Of a stretch of 64,000 nt of DNA, positions 1-11,400 are shown one piece after another (position 1 is the first letter of the stretch; the number at the start of each line of letters is the position of its first letter). Source of the stretch: Trichosphaerium sp. ATCC 40318 (Eukaryota; Protista; Tubulinea). Made by a program: the position numbers and the translations under genes. The notes under the pieces are model-generated. The model worked only from the letters and a program-made list of their open reading frames with translations. It was not told the origin of the DNA and did not search any database. Location of the stretch: positions 186,001 to 250,000 of the forward strand of contig JALMLS010000310.1 of the NCBI GenBank assembly GCA_038496445.1, read 5' to 3'.

Positions 1-622
1 AGTCGCCATCATATTGGCCTAGTGAACCATTCGAGTATCTCAAAGCGTCGGATGTGCATTCCTCTCCTTCCCAGGTTTCTAGCGGTACCCGATAGTAATG
101 GTTTCTACTACCACTAATATTTGACGCATGTTTCAGTAGTACAGTATCAGAAAATGCATTAAACTCTTGAAGATGTTCATCTACCTCCCATTCAAAATCA
201 AATTTTGACTGCCAAAAACTTACGGACTTGGGTAGGGCAAGGACGAATAAATCATAACCTGAAACGTTCCTTAGTAGATGTATAACGAAGTCTACCACCA
301 ATACAGCATATCCGTTACCCCTAAATTGCTTTGGAGTCTGTATGTACTGTATAATCGCACACTTTAGATTTTTCTCACTTAAACTAACTCGTACAGCGCA
401 TAGATCTTCGTCAATACCAGTATAGGATAATACAACATAATATAATCTCTTGTCTTCTTTGGCGTACTTTAACAAATCTTCGTGTGGGTTTGTTTCAAAC
501 GAACAGTTTATAAGGTTCGATGCTCTTGTCATTAAATCTGTACTACTGCCATGTTCAAGTATCAAAGATTCGTGTTCTGTAAATTCCACCACTGCTTCTC
601 CTGGAGGCGCTAGTATTTGCAT
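1..622 (-). CDS. GNAT-family N-acetyltransferase (3' end runs off window)
   Basis: Open frame from ATG at 622 to the window edge, absent from the ORF track: MQILAPPGEAVV...IIQYIQTPKQFRGNGYAVLVV (acetyl-CoA motif A, R-G-x-G-x-A) ...ALPKSVSFWQSKFDF (typical C-terminal GNAT motif). Confidence 0.75.
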   Translation of the reverse strand, partial: MQILAPPGEAVVEFTEHESLILEHGSSTDLMTRASNLINCSFETNPHEDLLKYAKEDKRLYYVVLSYTGIDEDLCAVRVSLSEKNLKCAIIQYIQTPKQFRGNGYAVLVVDFVIHLLRNVSGYDLFVLALPKSVSFWQSKFDFEWEVDEHLQEFNAFSDTVLLKHASNISGSRNHYYRVPLETWEGEECTSDALRYSNGSLGQYDGD

Positions 623-1027
623 GATGGGCGCTCAATAATAGGGTTAACGCATTTGTGAACGTCACTGCTGTTCATTCGTAACGTTGACTTTAATCGATAA
701 ACAATAAGCTGTTTTTTTTTCTCAAAAAAACGTTTCAAAAGCAGTTCACTGAAATGTGCGGTTGTATAAGCAACGTATCAGTTATTCCATTGAAAAGCGT
801 CGAATATGTGGTTGACACGGAACGTGTCGAGGCTTTGTCATCTTGCTGGTGGTATTGGTTTGACTCTAAAGATAGTAAAACTTGCGCTTATAGTGGTATT
901 CCATTTTCCATTATTGTATATGAAGTAAAGTGTATTGCATAATAGCTTTGGCAACATAAAGTGCGTGAACAAATCTATTTTTATTGAAGGCTAACTACAA
1001 CAAGCCAATACTCTATTCTTGCTTCCC

Positions 1028-3769
1028 TCAAACCAGCACAAATAGAAAAGATACCAAAGCAAAGAATAATACCGGCTTCAGTAAAGCACAAGGGCTCATA
1101 GGTTCTGTATCCATTGGAGGCTGTGTTGTACTAACAGGACCAGGCGTCTATTGAATAAGTTAGAAACAAAAATATGTTAAAAAAGAAAACAAGGGTATAA
1201 AAGTCAAAACATACAGCAAAGTCATTGCATTTAATATCGTCTTGTACTTGGCGAATTGTAAGAGACCATCGCTAAATAACCAGGAATAAGTCCAATCAAA
1301 AAGCAACAAGGTTTATAAAAAGGGAAACTCACGTCTTTGTTGCCATCAGTACACGTGTCAGGAAAAGTCAACTCTCCTTTTCCATTGTTCTTATCACATT
1401 GTACAGATATCTAAGGAAATCACGTCAGCAGATACTACAAATAAAATAAAAAATGATCATACATCTGGTCTTGCTCCTGGTACACTTGGCACCAGGAGTT
1501 TAAATATAAACTGTGATTGCTCTAGGAGATTTTCAGATCCTGGTGCTGTGCCACCAGCGATAACATTGGTATCAAGATCTGCATCAAAACTACAAAGAAT
1601 ACAACAAGATAGCTCAGCAAGCATATCACGGCATTCAACAGGTACACTATCACCAGTGTAACTCTTGTGCAGCCTATCCGCTAGTATTATGGCCATAATG
1701 ATTCCGCCACATTTTGTCTTTTCAATCTACTAACAAGTCAGTGATACGTGGTACGATTTTTTGTTCTTTGATCATACCGTTTCATAAGTAGATTGGCAGC
1801 TTCCAAATAAACTGCTAGTACCACCATCATTGGATATACCTGTAATTTCACTTGGATACGGAGTAACGCTTTGATAACAACTTGCTGAATCTGGAAGAAG
1901 AAAAAAAACAATCAGCACCTTGGGCATAGAGCTCATAAATATAAAGTACCAGCAGCGTCACAAAAGCATCCCAATTCAAAAGGATCACAAGGATCCAAAC
2001 TACCATCAAGTACATATGACGCATTGCATGTGCCAACCTAAGAATAGGACATCACTTCAAAGAAACAAAACCAAAAACAGAGCAAAGCGAGTAGTTTTTA
2101 ATTTGGTAATATTTAAAAAGTCGTACTGGTGCACATATACCAGCCTCACAAGTTGCGTTATCTCCACAATCTATTTTTCTAACACATATGCTTCCCTGTC
2201 CAAAAATTAATAACACAACATGGAGATATTTAGAACATACCAAAGACAAAGGTTGTTGACAAGTTCCCTTACTAAGTGGAGTCGGATCTGTACTTGTACA
2301 AACCAATCCTATAATATTCTTAGAATATTAAACAATACTACAGATATAAATACCTTGCTGGCAGAGAGGAATTGGTTGATCTGTGAGACAAGGTTCACCC
2401 TATTAAATTATTGTAAGGTGTTTGTAAAACTTACAAAACAACGATCACTTTGTTTCAACGTACTTCGCCGACCGCTTCTGTGGAAACACAATATCTTGTA
2501 GATTGTATCGTAGTACAAAGACCCGATGCGCATTGTTCATTGTAGGCACATTTTTCAATCTACACTCCAAGTTAATACACAGCAACAAATAATTAATAAA
2601 AATAGAACGTACCTCCCCCTTTCTATTCTCACACCTGTAAGTAGTTTCATTCCAAAATTGAGTATCACTGCATGATTCCTTAGGGTCGCCACATAATGTT
2701 TCAACTCTGTCAGAGAAAACCTTGAAGAAACACTGTTCTTCCGGTTCACAAGATGCCTGAGAGCAATCCTACAACAATTAGTTTACCGTTATATCGTTTA
2801 GTTTGTTTGGTACCATTCCAGCACATTTTGATGCTTCACAATTTCTTGATTGACACTCACCATCATCTGCACAAGCCTCGCCAACCATCAAATTAAACGG
2901 AGAGCATTTACCTCCAATACAGTTTGAATTCATACACTGGTCGTTTTTCGAACAAGGATCACCAATACAAGTCTTCTTGTACTCGCATTTGAGTGTATCT
3001 TCATTACAGAAAAGGGCACTTGGATTACAGACAAAAACTTCACTAGCCATTGCTTTGTTGGCTTCAGATGTACACGTGTCTCCAACGTTCTTTTGATAAA
3101 TTGTACGTGTACAAATGTTGTTAATATTACATTCACCCTCTGGACAATAAGGTATGCCTGCATTAAGATCACTAGTAAACGCATTTAGAGCTACAAATGT
3201 TACAAAGTTACATTTACGTACAAATCCGGACATTTTTCTCCAATACTTACTGGTGGTTTACAAAAGCAACCAGTTTGACTATCGCATTGACAAAAAGCGC
3301 TTCCAGAACTATCGCACATGTGACTAACAATAGATTAGGAAACAATCGAAGACGGCGCACGTGCGAACTCATTTTTATCGTTCAGAAATTCGTCATGACA
3401 AGGTACGTACGTTTGATTACACTCAGACCCTAGTGGCACCATAACCACTTCAATGCAGCTGCCTTCAGAGCAATATTGATACGCTGTACAACTGTCACAC
3501 TCTGGAGGTACGCAGTTACCGTTGAGACATCTGTATACCTCTTCAGAACTCTATGTAGTGGCGTTACAATTAAAAAAAATGGTAAAGAATCCGAATACTA
3601 GCCAATACAAGATTTTTTGTATTCCACTTTCGTAAATTGTATTAAAAGGTACCTGGGATCTGCAGTCATCGTAAGTTGAGCACGTGAACGATGGATCGCA
3701 TACTGAGTTTGCTAGAGCGTTGAAACATAGACAAGCTATGATAGCAATTATAAGAGCTGTTGAGGGCAT
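1028..3769 (-). CDS. Multi-exon secreted or GPI-anchored cysteine-rich surface protein (Dickkopf-like Cys repeats)
   Basis: Signal peptide MPSTALIIAIIACLCFNALA; repeated G[DE]xC..xxC...C modules (ORF 2778..3233); Thr/Pro linker and hydrophobic C-terminus ALLKPVLFFALVSFLFVLV*. Could be two genes. Confidence 0.6.
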
Positions 3770-4232
3770 TAGAGTTAGTTTAAACAATGTATTGCTAGCA
3801 ACATATTAAGTCGTCCCGACGGAAGCCCTTTTCAAAAAAATACCAGCAAACGGCGTTGTTTTTGCAGTACTGGGCGTTTTACTGGGTACTAACAAGTTCG
3901 ATTCACACAAGATAAATGCACCCAAATAGTACTTTTTTTTTATCCGTTGTAACATCCACGACCGCGTTCTTGTCCCGACCAATAGCTACAACTATTTTCC
4001 TTGTCTTTTTCGATAAAAAACTGTACGACCAATATAAAAAATGAGGCACTGGAAAGTGAGTTTGGTGTTAAAAAAGCTTATTTTCCCGCTCTTTTCATTG
4101 GCACGCCCAGTTCAGATTGAGAATGCTACACGGTGCACTTAATCTTTTAATTGTTTCTTCAAACAGCAACACGTGTTCCAATATGGATAAACCTGCTTAT
4201 TTGGGTGTGGTAGAGCTATCAAATACTGAGTG

Positions 4233-5531
4233 TCATTCCCAAAAGCTCCCTTCATTTGTAGTACAGTCAACAATATCAGTACATCTAATTTCTTTATTTT
4301 TGGTTTTTTCTTCAGGTAGTTCAACAGTCGCTGTTTCTGTTATAACATTTGTTGGTACTCTCTAAAACATACAATAAGGGTTACATTCATAGTGATTTTT
4401 GGGGTTTTTATGAAGCAGTATGATGGTTTCAAACAGACTTTTTCAATTCTTTAATTTTTTTAAGACCACGTACAATCCTTGAGGTTCAGGGCGCTTTGCC
4501 CACCAAACTACAAATATAGAAACTCCAATGGCAATAACAACTAAAATAGCAATCGCTACTATGATCCATACCCACACTGGAAAATTACCTACAGTATGTG
4601 TTATGACAATAAAAAAAAGAAATTTTGATGTGTACTTTTTTGGTTTCCTGTATTCACTACTGATGTACTTGTAGGAGCAATTGGTGCTAATGGTCCAAGC
4701 GTAGTCGTGTGTACTGGCGAAAGAGTAGTTGAACCTCCATTACTTGGTGGCAGAGAAGTAGAACCGCTACTAGGTGATGCTGTAGACGGAGCAATGGTAG
4801 ATGGTGTAATAGTGGATGGTGCGATGGTAGATGGTGCGATGGTAGTTGGAGCAGTGGTAGATGGCGCTATGGTTGTAGGTGGTGGCGGCGGGGGAGGAGG
4901 TACATAAGTTTTACACGTGAAACAATAGTAGACTTTCAATCCATTCAAAACTCTGGGTACGATTTCGGCATCATACCCTCTCAGGTAACAGTTTTCATCA
5001 CCTCGTTTTAATACAATTGAACCAAGTGTTAGATTCGTTGTGTCAGCCTCTTGTTCTGTAGGTGGGTTGTATCCTGATAATTTTAGCCATTCAAGTGATT
5101 GTTCAGTGTCGAGGTTAAATTCTAATTGAAGAGTAGAGGTAGTATTCAATGTAGACTAGAATCTTACATTAGATTTGGGAATTGTGAAAAGGGATGGTTT
5201 TTTTTTGTTGTAAAGCAAAATAATAGCGTGTCAGACTTTGTTTGTAACGTACAGTAGTTACAGTCGCCTTTAAAGAATCGAAATCTGGTGACGCTGTATT
5301 GAAACCGTCCATTTCTACTCCAAGTGCGAGGATTTCATCATCGTTTGATGGTGTTACGGTGAAAAACTCAATAACGCCTGAGTTCTTATATTCTATGTCC
5401 AGTGTGTCTATATCCTCAACAATAACTCTTGACGAACACGATATATGTTCTCTGTAGTATTTTATGCAAAAAACGAGCTGAAAGCACGATAGGAGAAAAA
5501 ACAGAGTCTTAAGGCTTGATACCATTAGCAT
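4233..5531 (-). CDS. Type I membrane protein: unknown ectodomain + mucin-like stalk + TM
   Basis: Signal peptide MLMVSSLKTLFFLLSCFQLVFC; poly-Pro and (P-S/T-T-I-A) repeats (ORF 4601..5149); TM FPVWVWIIVAIAILVVIAIGVSIFVVWW; tail ends EGSFWE*. Confidence 0.7.
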
Positions 5532-5689
5532 ACTCTTCAGTGGCAAAGAGGGACTTCTATTGAGCCAAAAAAGGTGTTGTTCACTGATTGAAATGTGAAA
5601 CGAGCACGCTCAGTCACGCTTATAATCAATGAACCAATTCCATTAAAATTACCTAATCGTACTCTTAGCCGCATCTCTTCAAAAAAACT

Positions 5690-6411
5690 ATGAGAGTAAT
5701 ATCGCTTTTAGCTATTGTAGCGTTGTTTTTAGCTACAATAGACGCTCGGTTTTATTTAAGGTCGCAAGAAAAGTGTTCTATGTATATGACAGTAGGTGAT
5801 ATAGATACACCGCGCCAAGAATACCCTAAAGGCGAAAGACTCACCTTCGATTGGGCGTTTGTTGGTGCAACAATACCAGAAGACAACAGATATTATGCTC
5901 ACTACAGAAATCGTACGCGATTGAATAATGTTGAAGGAGTTGTGCGCAATAATGCCGACTATGAGTTGTTTAACAACTTTTTGCAATCTGGTAAAATTAC
6001 ATACGGGAGATGGTCAGATAACTCTGGATTCAAAATACCCAATGGAACAGCGGAATTTGATGCAATAAGTACACAAAGAGGAACATATGCTCTAATGAGA
6101 CTATTTGGTTATGATACAAGCATAATAGAACAAGGTACAAAACTTTAATCGTATTCTACGTTAAACTACATTTGCAAGTGCATAATAATGTTTGTGTTTC
6201 GTATCTTACCTTTTTTTCTTCAGCAACTTCGACAGTTATTAAATCTCTTGACTGGAATGAACTTGCATTCTTAACAACAAAGTCTCATTTCTTTGGTGAT
6301 AAAACACAAATGCATTTTGAACCTAATGAATTTAATGGTCTATCTTTTCACTTTTATGGAAAATGTTCTACAGATAAATACGATCCTATCAAACCCCCAA
6401 ACTCTAGCTAA
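5690..6411 (+). CDS. Secreted protein of unknown function, paralogous to the ectodomain of the 4233..5531 gene
   Basis: Signal peptide MRVISLLAIVALFLATIDA; two exons (GT-AG intron about 6135-6223); shared motifs with the neighbouring gene. Confidence 0.7.
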
Positions 6412-6662
6412 AACAAAATTAATAAAGCGCAGACTTCTTACAACTTGTTGAATACTGTTACTCACATGACTGAACATGACGCTCATTTTAGGTGTTTTAA
6501 TAGACTGTTATAGGGCTGTTATAGTCACAACAGAATTTTATGGGTGCGCGGGTTTAATTGCTGTTTTAGTTGACATGGTAATGTCATGACACTATCTTTC
6601 TCATACTATTGTTTTCTCTTTGACGGGCGGTCTGTCTTACGGAAGTAGTGTTGAACAAGCAA

Positions 6663-6737
6663 GCTTCTGTAGCTCAGTTGGTTTAGAGCGCACGACTGTT
6701 AATCGTGAGGTCGTAGGTTCGATCCCTACCAGAAGCG
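6663..6737 (+). tRNA. trnN-GUU: tRNA-Asn(GTT)
   Basis: Acceptor GCTTCTG/CAGAAGC, D-arm GCTC..GAGC, anticodon arm CACGA-CTGTTAA-TCGTG, T-arm GTAGG-TTCGATC-CCTAC, T-run terminator just downstream. Confidence 0.97.
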
Positions 6738-8245
6738 TTGATGTTTTTATTAAATTGCATACATTGTAACGCTTTGATTAATTCAATCTAAGTTAAGTAG
6801 GCTGATAGTAGGCGGTATTAACACTCCTTTATGAATCAAAAGGGAAAACTTAGACTCAAGGGAAACTGAAGTTACAAATTTATTAATAGATGAAAAAATA
6901 GCAATCGCGAACATGCATCAGTTTTAACAAACTCATGGTCTATTTTCAAACTCAACACTTCTTGCAGAATACTGAAAAAAAGTAATCCGGATATTTCATA
7001 CGTGTCGTTTTTGCTTGTAACAACGTGACAAATTCGTATTTCTGATATTATTTCTACATTGTTTTGAATCCCGAGGTTTTGTGCGTTATATTCAGGATAA
7101 ACTCATACTATGGGTATTTTAAAACTTCTATGGAGGCTCCACAAAGGAACAGTAACTCGTGTGAGAATTACATTAAAGAACTATTAACTAGGACTATAAT
7201 AATGATCTTACATTATGAATGAATACTGCTTCATTATGGAACATTAGGCTACACGTGAACAACACCATATTAGCCATCGCACATTACAAAAAAGTGGGTA
7301 GTTGTTTAATCGCTTTAGAATTACACAAGGAGATTGTGTTCCCTTCCGTCATTTTAGTAAGTCGCATAGGTAACAAAGAAATGACTATTTGTGTTTGAAG
7401 GGTTTGTTTTGACCTAAACAAACATGTATTCTTATACCAACACACTATTTTTTGTTCAAATAGCAATGCAGGTCTCTCCTATAAGTTAATGTGCCTATGC
7501 AGTACACGTAGATAAAATAAGTAATGCAGTTTTGAATGGAGATCATTCCCGAGCGCGATTTGTTGTAAATTTACAGTTTCACCACAGAAAGACTTATTTT
7601 CTTTTGAATGGGGAGTTGTGTTTCTTCACCATATTCAATTCCAACTTGACCCAAATTGAAATATAGTTATTTCGGGTCAACTCCCTTGGTATCAAATGGG
7701 ATTATTTTACACATCACGTCAGAAAGCATTGGAAGCTAAGTTTCAAAAGGTAACTCCAAATAGTGCAAGCACGTGTCTTTTTGGTCCTACCATCACACGA
7801 AGTACTCCGTAAGGATACTTACGATCACTACGCTAGCTCGTTTAATCTAGTGGGGTTACTATGCTACAACCAATCTTGAAAAAACTGGCACTGGTGCTGC
7901 TAACAAAAAATAGGTAGTTCCTTTTGTAAGTTCAAAGTTGGAATGACGTCTATGCAGTTATGGAGTACTGTAGTAAGTGCGGCCAAACACTTTGGCCATT
8001 GTAGCTTGTAAAACATATTAATTTCTTCTAGGTTTCTTTATAAGTATGAATATTGATACGAGTGCATTTAGGAACACTAAGAAACCCCAGGTTATAACAT
8101 TAATCACAGAATAACATTCGTATTTATCAAAAATCTGAATCTCAAGGTCACGTGCCTTACGCTTTTTGCTATGTGACGTCACTAGGACTTTTTGTGAACT
8201 AATGCCAAACCTGATACCCCGGAGTATCATAATTTGAAAGTAAAA

Positions 8246-10303
8246 ATGGGAGTGACAGCGACTAAAGAACTTAAACAATTGGAGCGTTATGCCCTGAAAC
8301 AATACCCTGACTTGAAAAAAATCAAAGAGAGCATGTTGGTAACAGGTAATAATTTCATCGGAGTACGCTTTAATACTAAATATACGTTTAATAGATGCGA
8401 GACAGTTGGATAATCCAATAATTTACGCTAATGGTACACTTCAAATTTACGACGAACTTTTTTTTTTTCTTTTCAAAAAATAATTCCTTCTTCAATTACT
8501 GCTCACGTGATTATTAGTTGATTTTGAAAAATTAACTCTATACGCAAAAGAAGAGATTATTGGTCGTAATTGCAGGTTTTTACAAGGAGCTCAAACAAGT
8601 CAAGAAAAAGTCCAAGAGATTAGAGACGCGTTGAAAACAGGCGAAAGAAAAATGATTGTATGTATACTATGACGTTTCCTTTTTTTCTTTGGCTTTATTT
8701 TGTTTATGAAACTCTACCATTGAGCTCAAATATTTGGCGTTGACGTTTTATTTAGGAGATACTGAACTATCGTAAGGATGGAATACCTTTTTGGAATAAG
8801 TTTGAAATAATGGGGCTCCGCGCTGATCCGAAAGATAAAACGTTAATAACACACTATATTGGTATACAACATGATATTACTATTATAAAAAACACACTTG
8901 GTAACCCAAAGCAGTGGCGCTGTGAAGAAGTTGCAATGTGGGCAGGTATGATGTTTCACAAAAAAAAACCAAACGCACAAAATTCCTCCGGTTTTTTTTC
9001 CTTCCTTACGGGGAACGTGAGTTAACTCTTTATATATTTAGATCGTAAAGGAATGATTGACTATTCATCTTTGTTTATCAAACACAACATTACTGGTGCA
9101 CAACTATGTAAAATGGGTAAGTTCAATGTTGTTGTTGCCTCATTGTCTTCTGTTGTCGCAACCTTCACTGTCTCACGTGACGTATATTAATTTTCAATCT
9201 AGGTGTAAAACAAATTAGAGAAACGTTAGGCCTGGACAAATCATCAGCAAAGCTTATGGATAAGCATATTCGGAACTTGAAAAAGAGAAAAGGTACGGGT
9301 TGTTTTCTTTTACACTTTTGCTTCATCTCTTAACACGTGTTTAGTTACGGATCTAGCCAAACAACAAAGATATGTTATAAAAACGCGTTACAGAGCAAGC
9401 ACAGCTATGACATTTTGCCTACAAAGTGATTCTCTAATATCATTTTTAAACAGGTACCTTGCAAGTCATATTATACTCTGTCCTAAACCTCCTTTTTCTT
9501 TAGAACAAAGTCATTTTTCCCACAACACGCCATCGTTCCAGAAGATTTAAAGTTGGTTGCTGTTGTACGAACCGAAGCAAATACTGTATATAAAGTTGAC
9601 ACAGACGAGGAGTTTGATACAATACTGTACGCGTTTTTCATACAGCATAAAGAACACCGCTTACGCAGCACCATAGGAGAAACATGCAAGCTGGGATAGT
9701 CTTTGAGTTTAACCTTAAATCAAGGCTTGACGATATGAAGCTTGAGACAGTATCTACAAATGACGTTGGTGTAGCATTAGTTAACACTGCCGGAAAGATT
9801 GTATATGCCAACAACGTTCTTGCAAATTTGACTGAGTACGTTCATTCTACCTCCTCATGCGTCTTACACGTTTATCCTAGCTATAAATTATGCGACCTGA
9901 TCGGTAACCCCTTCTCAAAAATATCAGATATGGAACTAGAAAAGACGGACAGCATTAAAGGTAAGCATAAACGCAAGAAAAAAGCAAGAAAAATCTATAA
10001 AGTACCATCATTAATGATTATCTAGATGAACCAACAGAACTTAAAACGGCGTCAGATTATAGCCACTGTATTAAAGCTTCTTGTACGTGGGTACCAAAAC
10101 GTAATCTATACCTATGGACAGCGTATTTAGACGACTTTCAAGATATCTTATTATCCCTTAATGGAACACCTGTTAAGGCAAAAAATAACAAACTTCTAAA
10201 TACTGGTGGTAGCGGAAAAAACTCTGTATCTATCAGCGGAAAAAACTCTGTATCTATCAGAAAAAAGAAAAGAAAAAGGTTAAGTTCTCGTAAAAATAAA
10301 TAA
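8246..10303 (+). CDS. LOV-domain blue-light receptor with SAM, PB1-like and PAS-like domains
   Basis: Spliced translation SMLVTDARQLDNPIIYAN...EEIIGRNCRFLQG...LNYRKDGIPFWN...YIGIQHDIT (LOV, photoactive Cys at ~8571); PKQWRCEEVAMWA...FIKHNITGAQL (SAM); YVIKTRY...VDTDEEF (PB1-like); VGVALVNTAGKIVYAN...LIGNPF (PAS-like); basic C-terminus. Confidence 0.85.
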
Positions 10304-10599
10304 CTTGTAATCAAACAAGTACTAATGTACATACGTAAATAAATTGTAAAATAGTGTAATAGTACATTTTGTATCAAGCCAAATACAGCTGTTGTGAATA
10401 GCTACTAATAAAATGTGTACATCTGACAGGACATACGTGATTTCTTTGCCAAGGATAGACACGTGGGTATGCACTACTTTTCGCGAAACTGGGCTACATA
10501 TGATTATCGACAACGCATCTTAACTTTTCCGGTGCATATTACAGATTAATACTACTTGTTACAAGCAGATTGGTTTATTCTTCGTAAGAAAGACATGGC

Positions 10600-11400
10600 T
10601 TTAGGTAAACGAGCAATCAATACGTTCAGAGAATCAGGTAACTGGTTTTTTGTCAATTCGCTATTGGCTAATGATACTTTTGTATTACAACTGTAGAGTA
10701 ACAGATGAAGGTGTAAAATCGCTGTTAGGTGTTCACACTATTAACCTCAGGTACACTAGAGTTAACAGATAAAGGGTTAAAAGCGCTGTTAGGTTCGCAC
10801 TATTACCTCAGTGAGAATAAAGTAAACTTGAGACTGCGAGATGATCTTTTGGGAGGAAAGAAATGTCGCATCTTAAACCACTACGCCAAAAGCGTATTAA
10901 CACTACACCGCTATCGGAATGAGGAATATCTTTATACGACACAAATACGTATGTACCTGAGCAATGCCCCGAACGCAAAGCGAATATTTGGGTTTGTTTA
11001 CAAGTTGATAGGAACAGCAAAGATGTACATACAAACGTTTTGGGTCAGTACCGCACGTGGCTTCTGCTTGCAAATTCTGTTGTTGTACTTGCTAGTACTA
11101 ATAAACATCTCAAAGATGGCACGATTGGAAGGTCAGCATCGCAATGAGATGCATGTGTCCTCTAATTTGTGGCTTGCAAGAGACGGAGTTCAAACTATCT
11201 AAACTCTTGTTCTACCTGGATATACGTATAGCTACAGTCTAAAGTACCAACTGAAGAGCAAAAGACTGTTACTTCGCGCTAGTTTTGAACTTGGGCAATA
11301 TTGAATCTAGTATCTGTAGAGCATTACGGCCAGGAGGTTTAATTTAAGATTCCAGTTCCGTAACAATGTTAATAATTTGCGAAAAGAGTTTGTATTGTTT
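10600..11400 (+). pseudogene. Decayed leucine-rich-repeat gene upstream of PAN-PLAT copy 1
   Basis: Fragments VTDEGVKSLLGVHTINL and TDKGLKALLG interrupted by frameshifts and stops; homologous decayed sequence precedes copies 2 and 3. Confidence 0.55.

Noticed and set aside
6780-8100. Possible decayed coding sequence
   Set aside because: Stops in all frames and no recognisable motif; cannot support a call.
10210-10258. 24-bp tandem duplication (SGKNSVSI x2)
   Set aside because: Two-copy in-frame slippage in a disordered tail; not a CRISPR or functional array.
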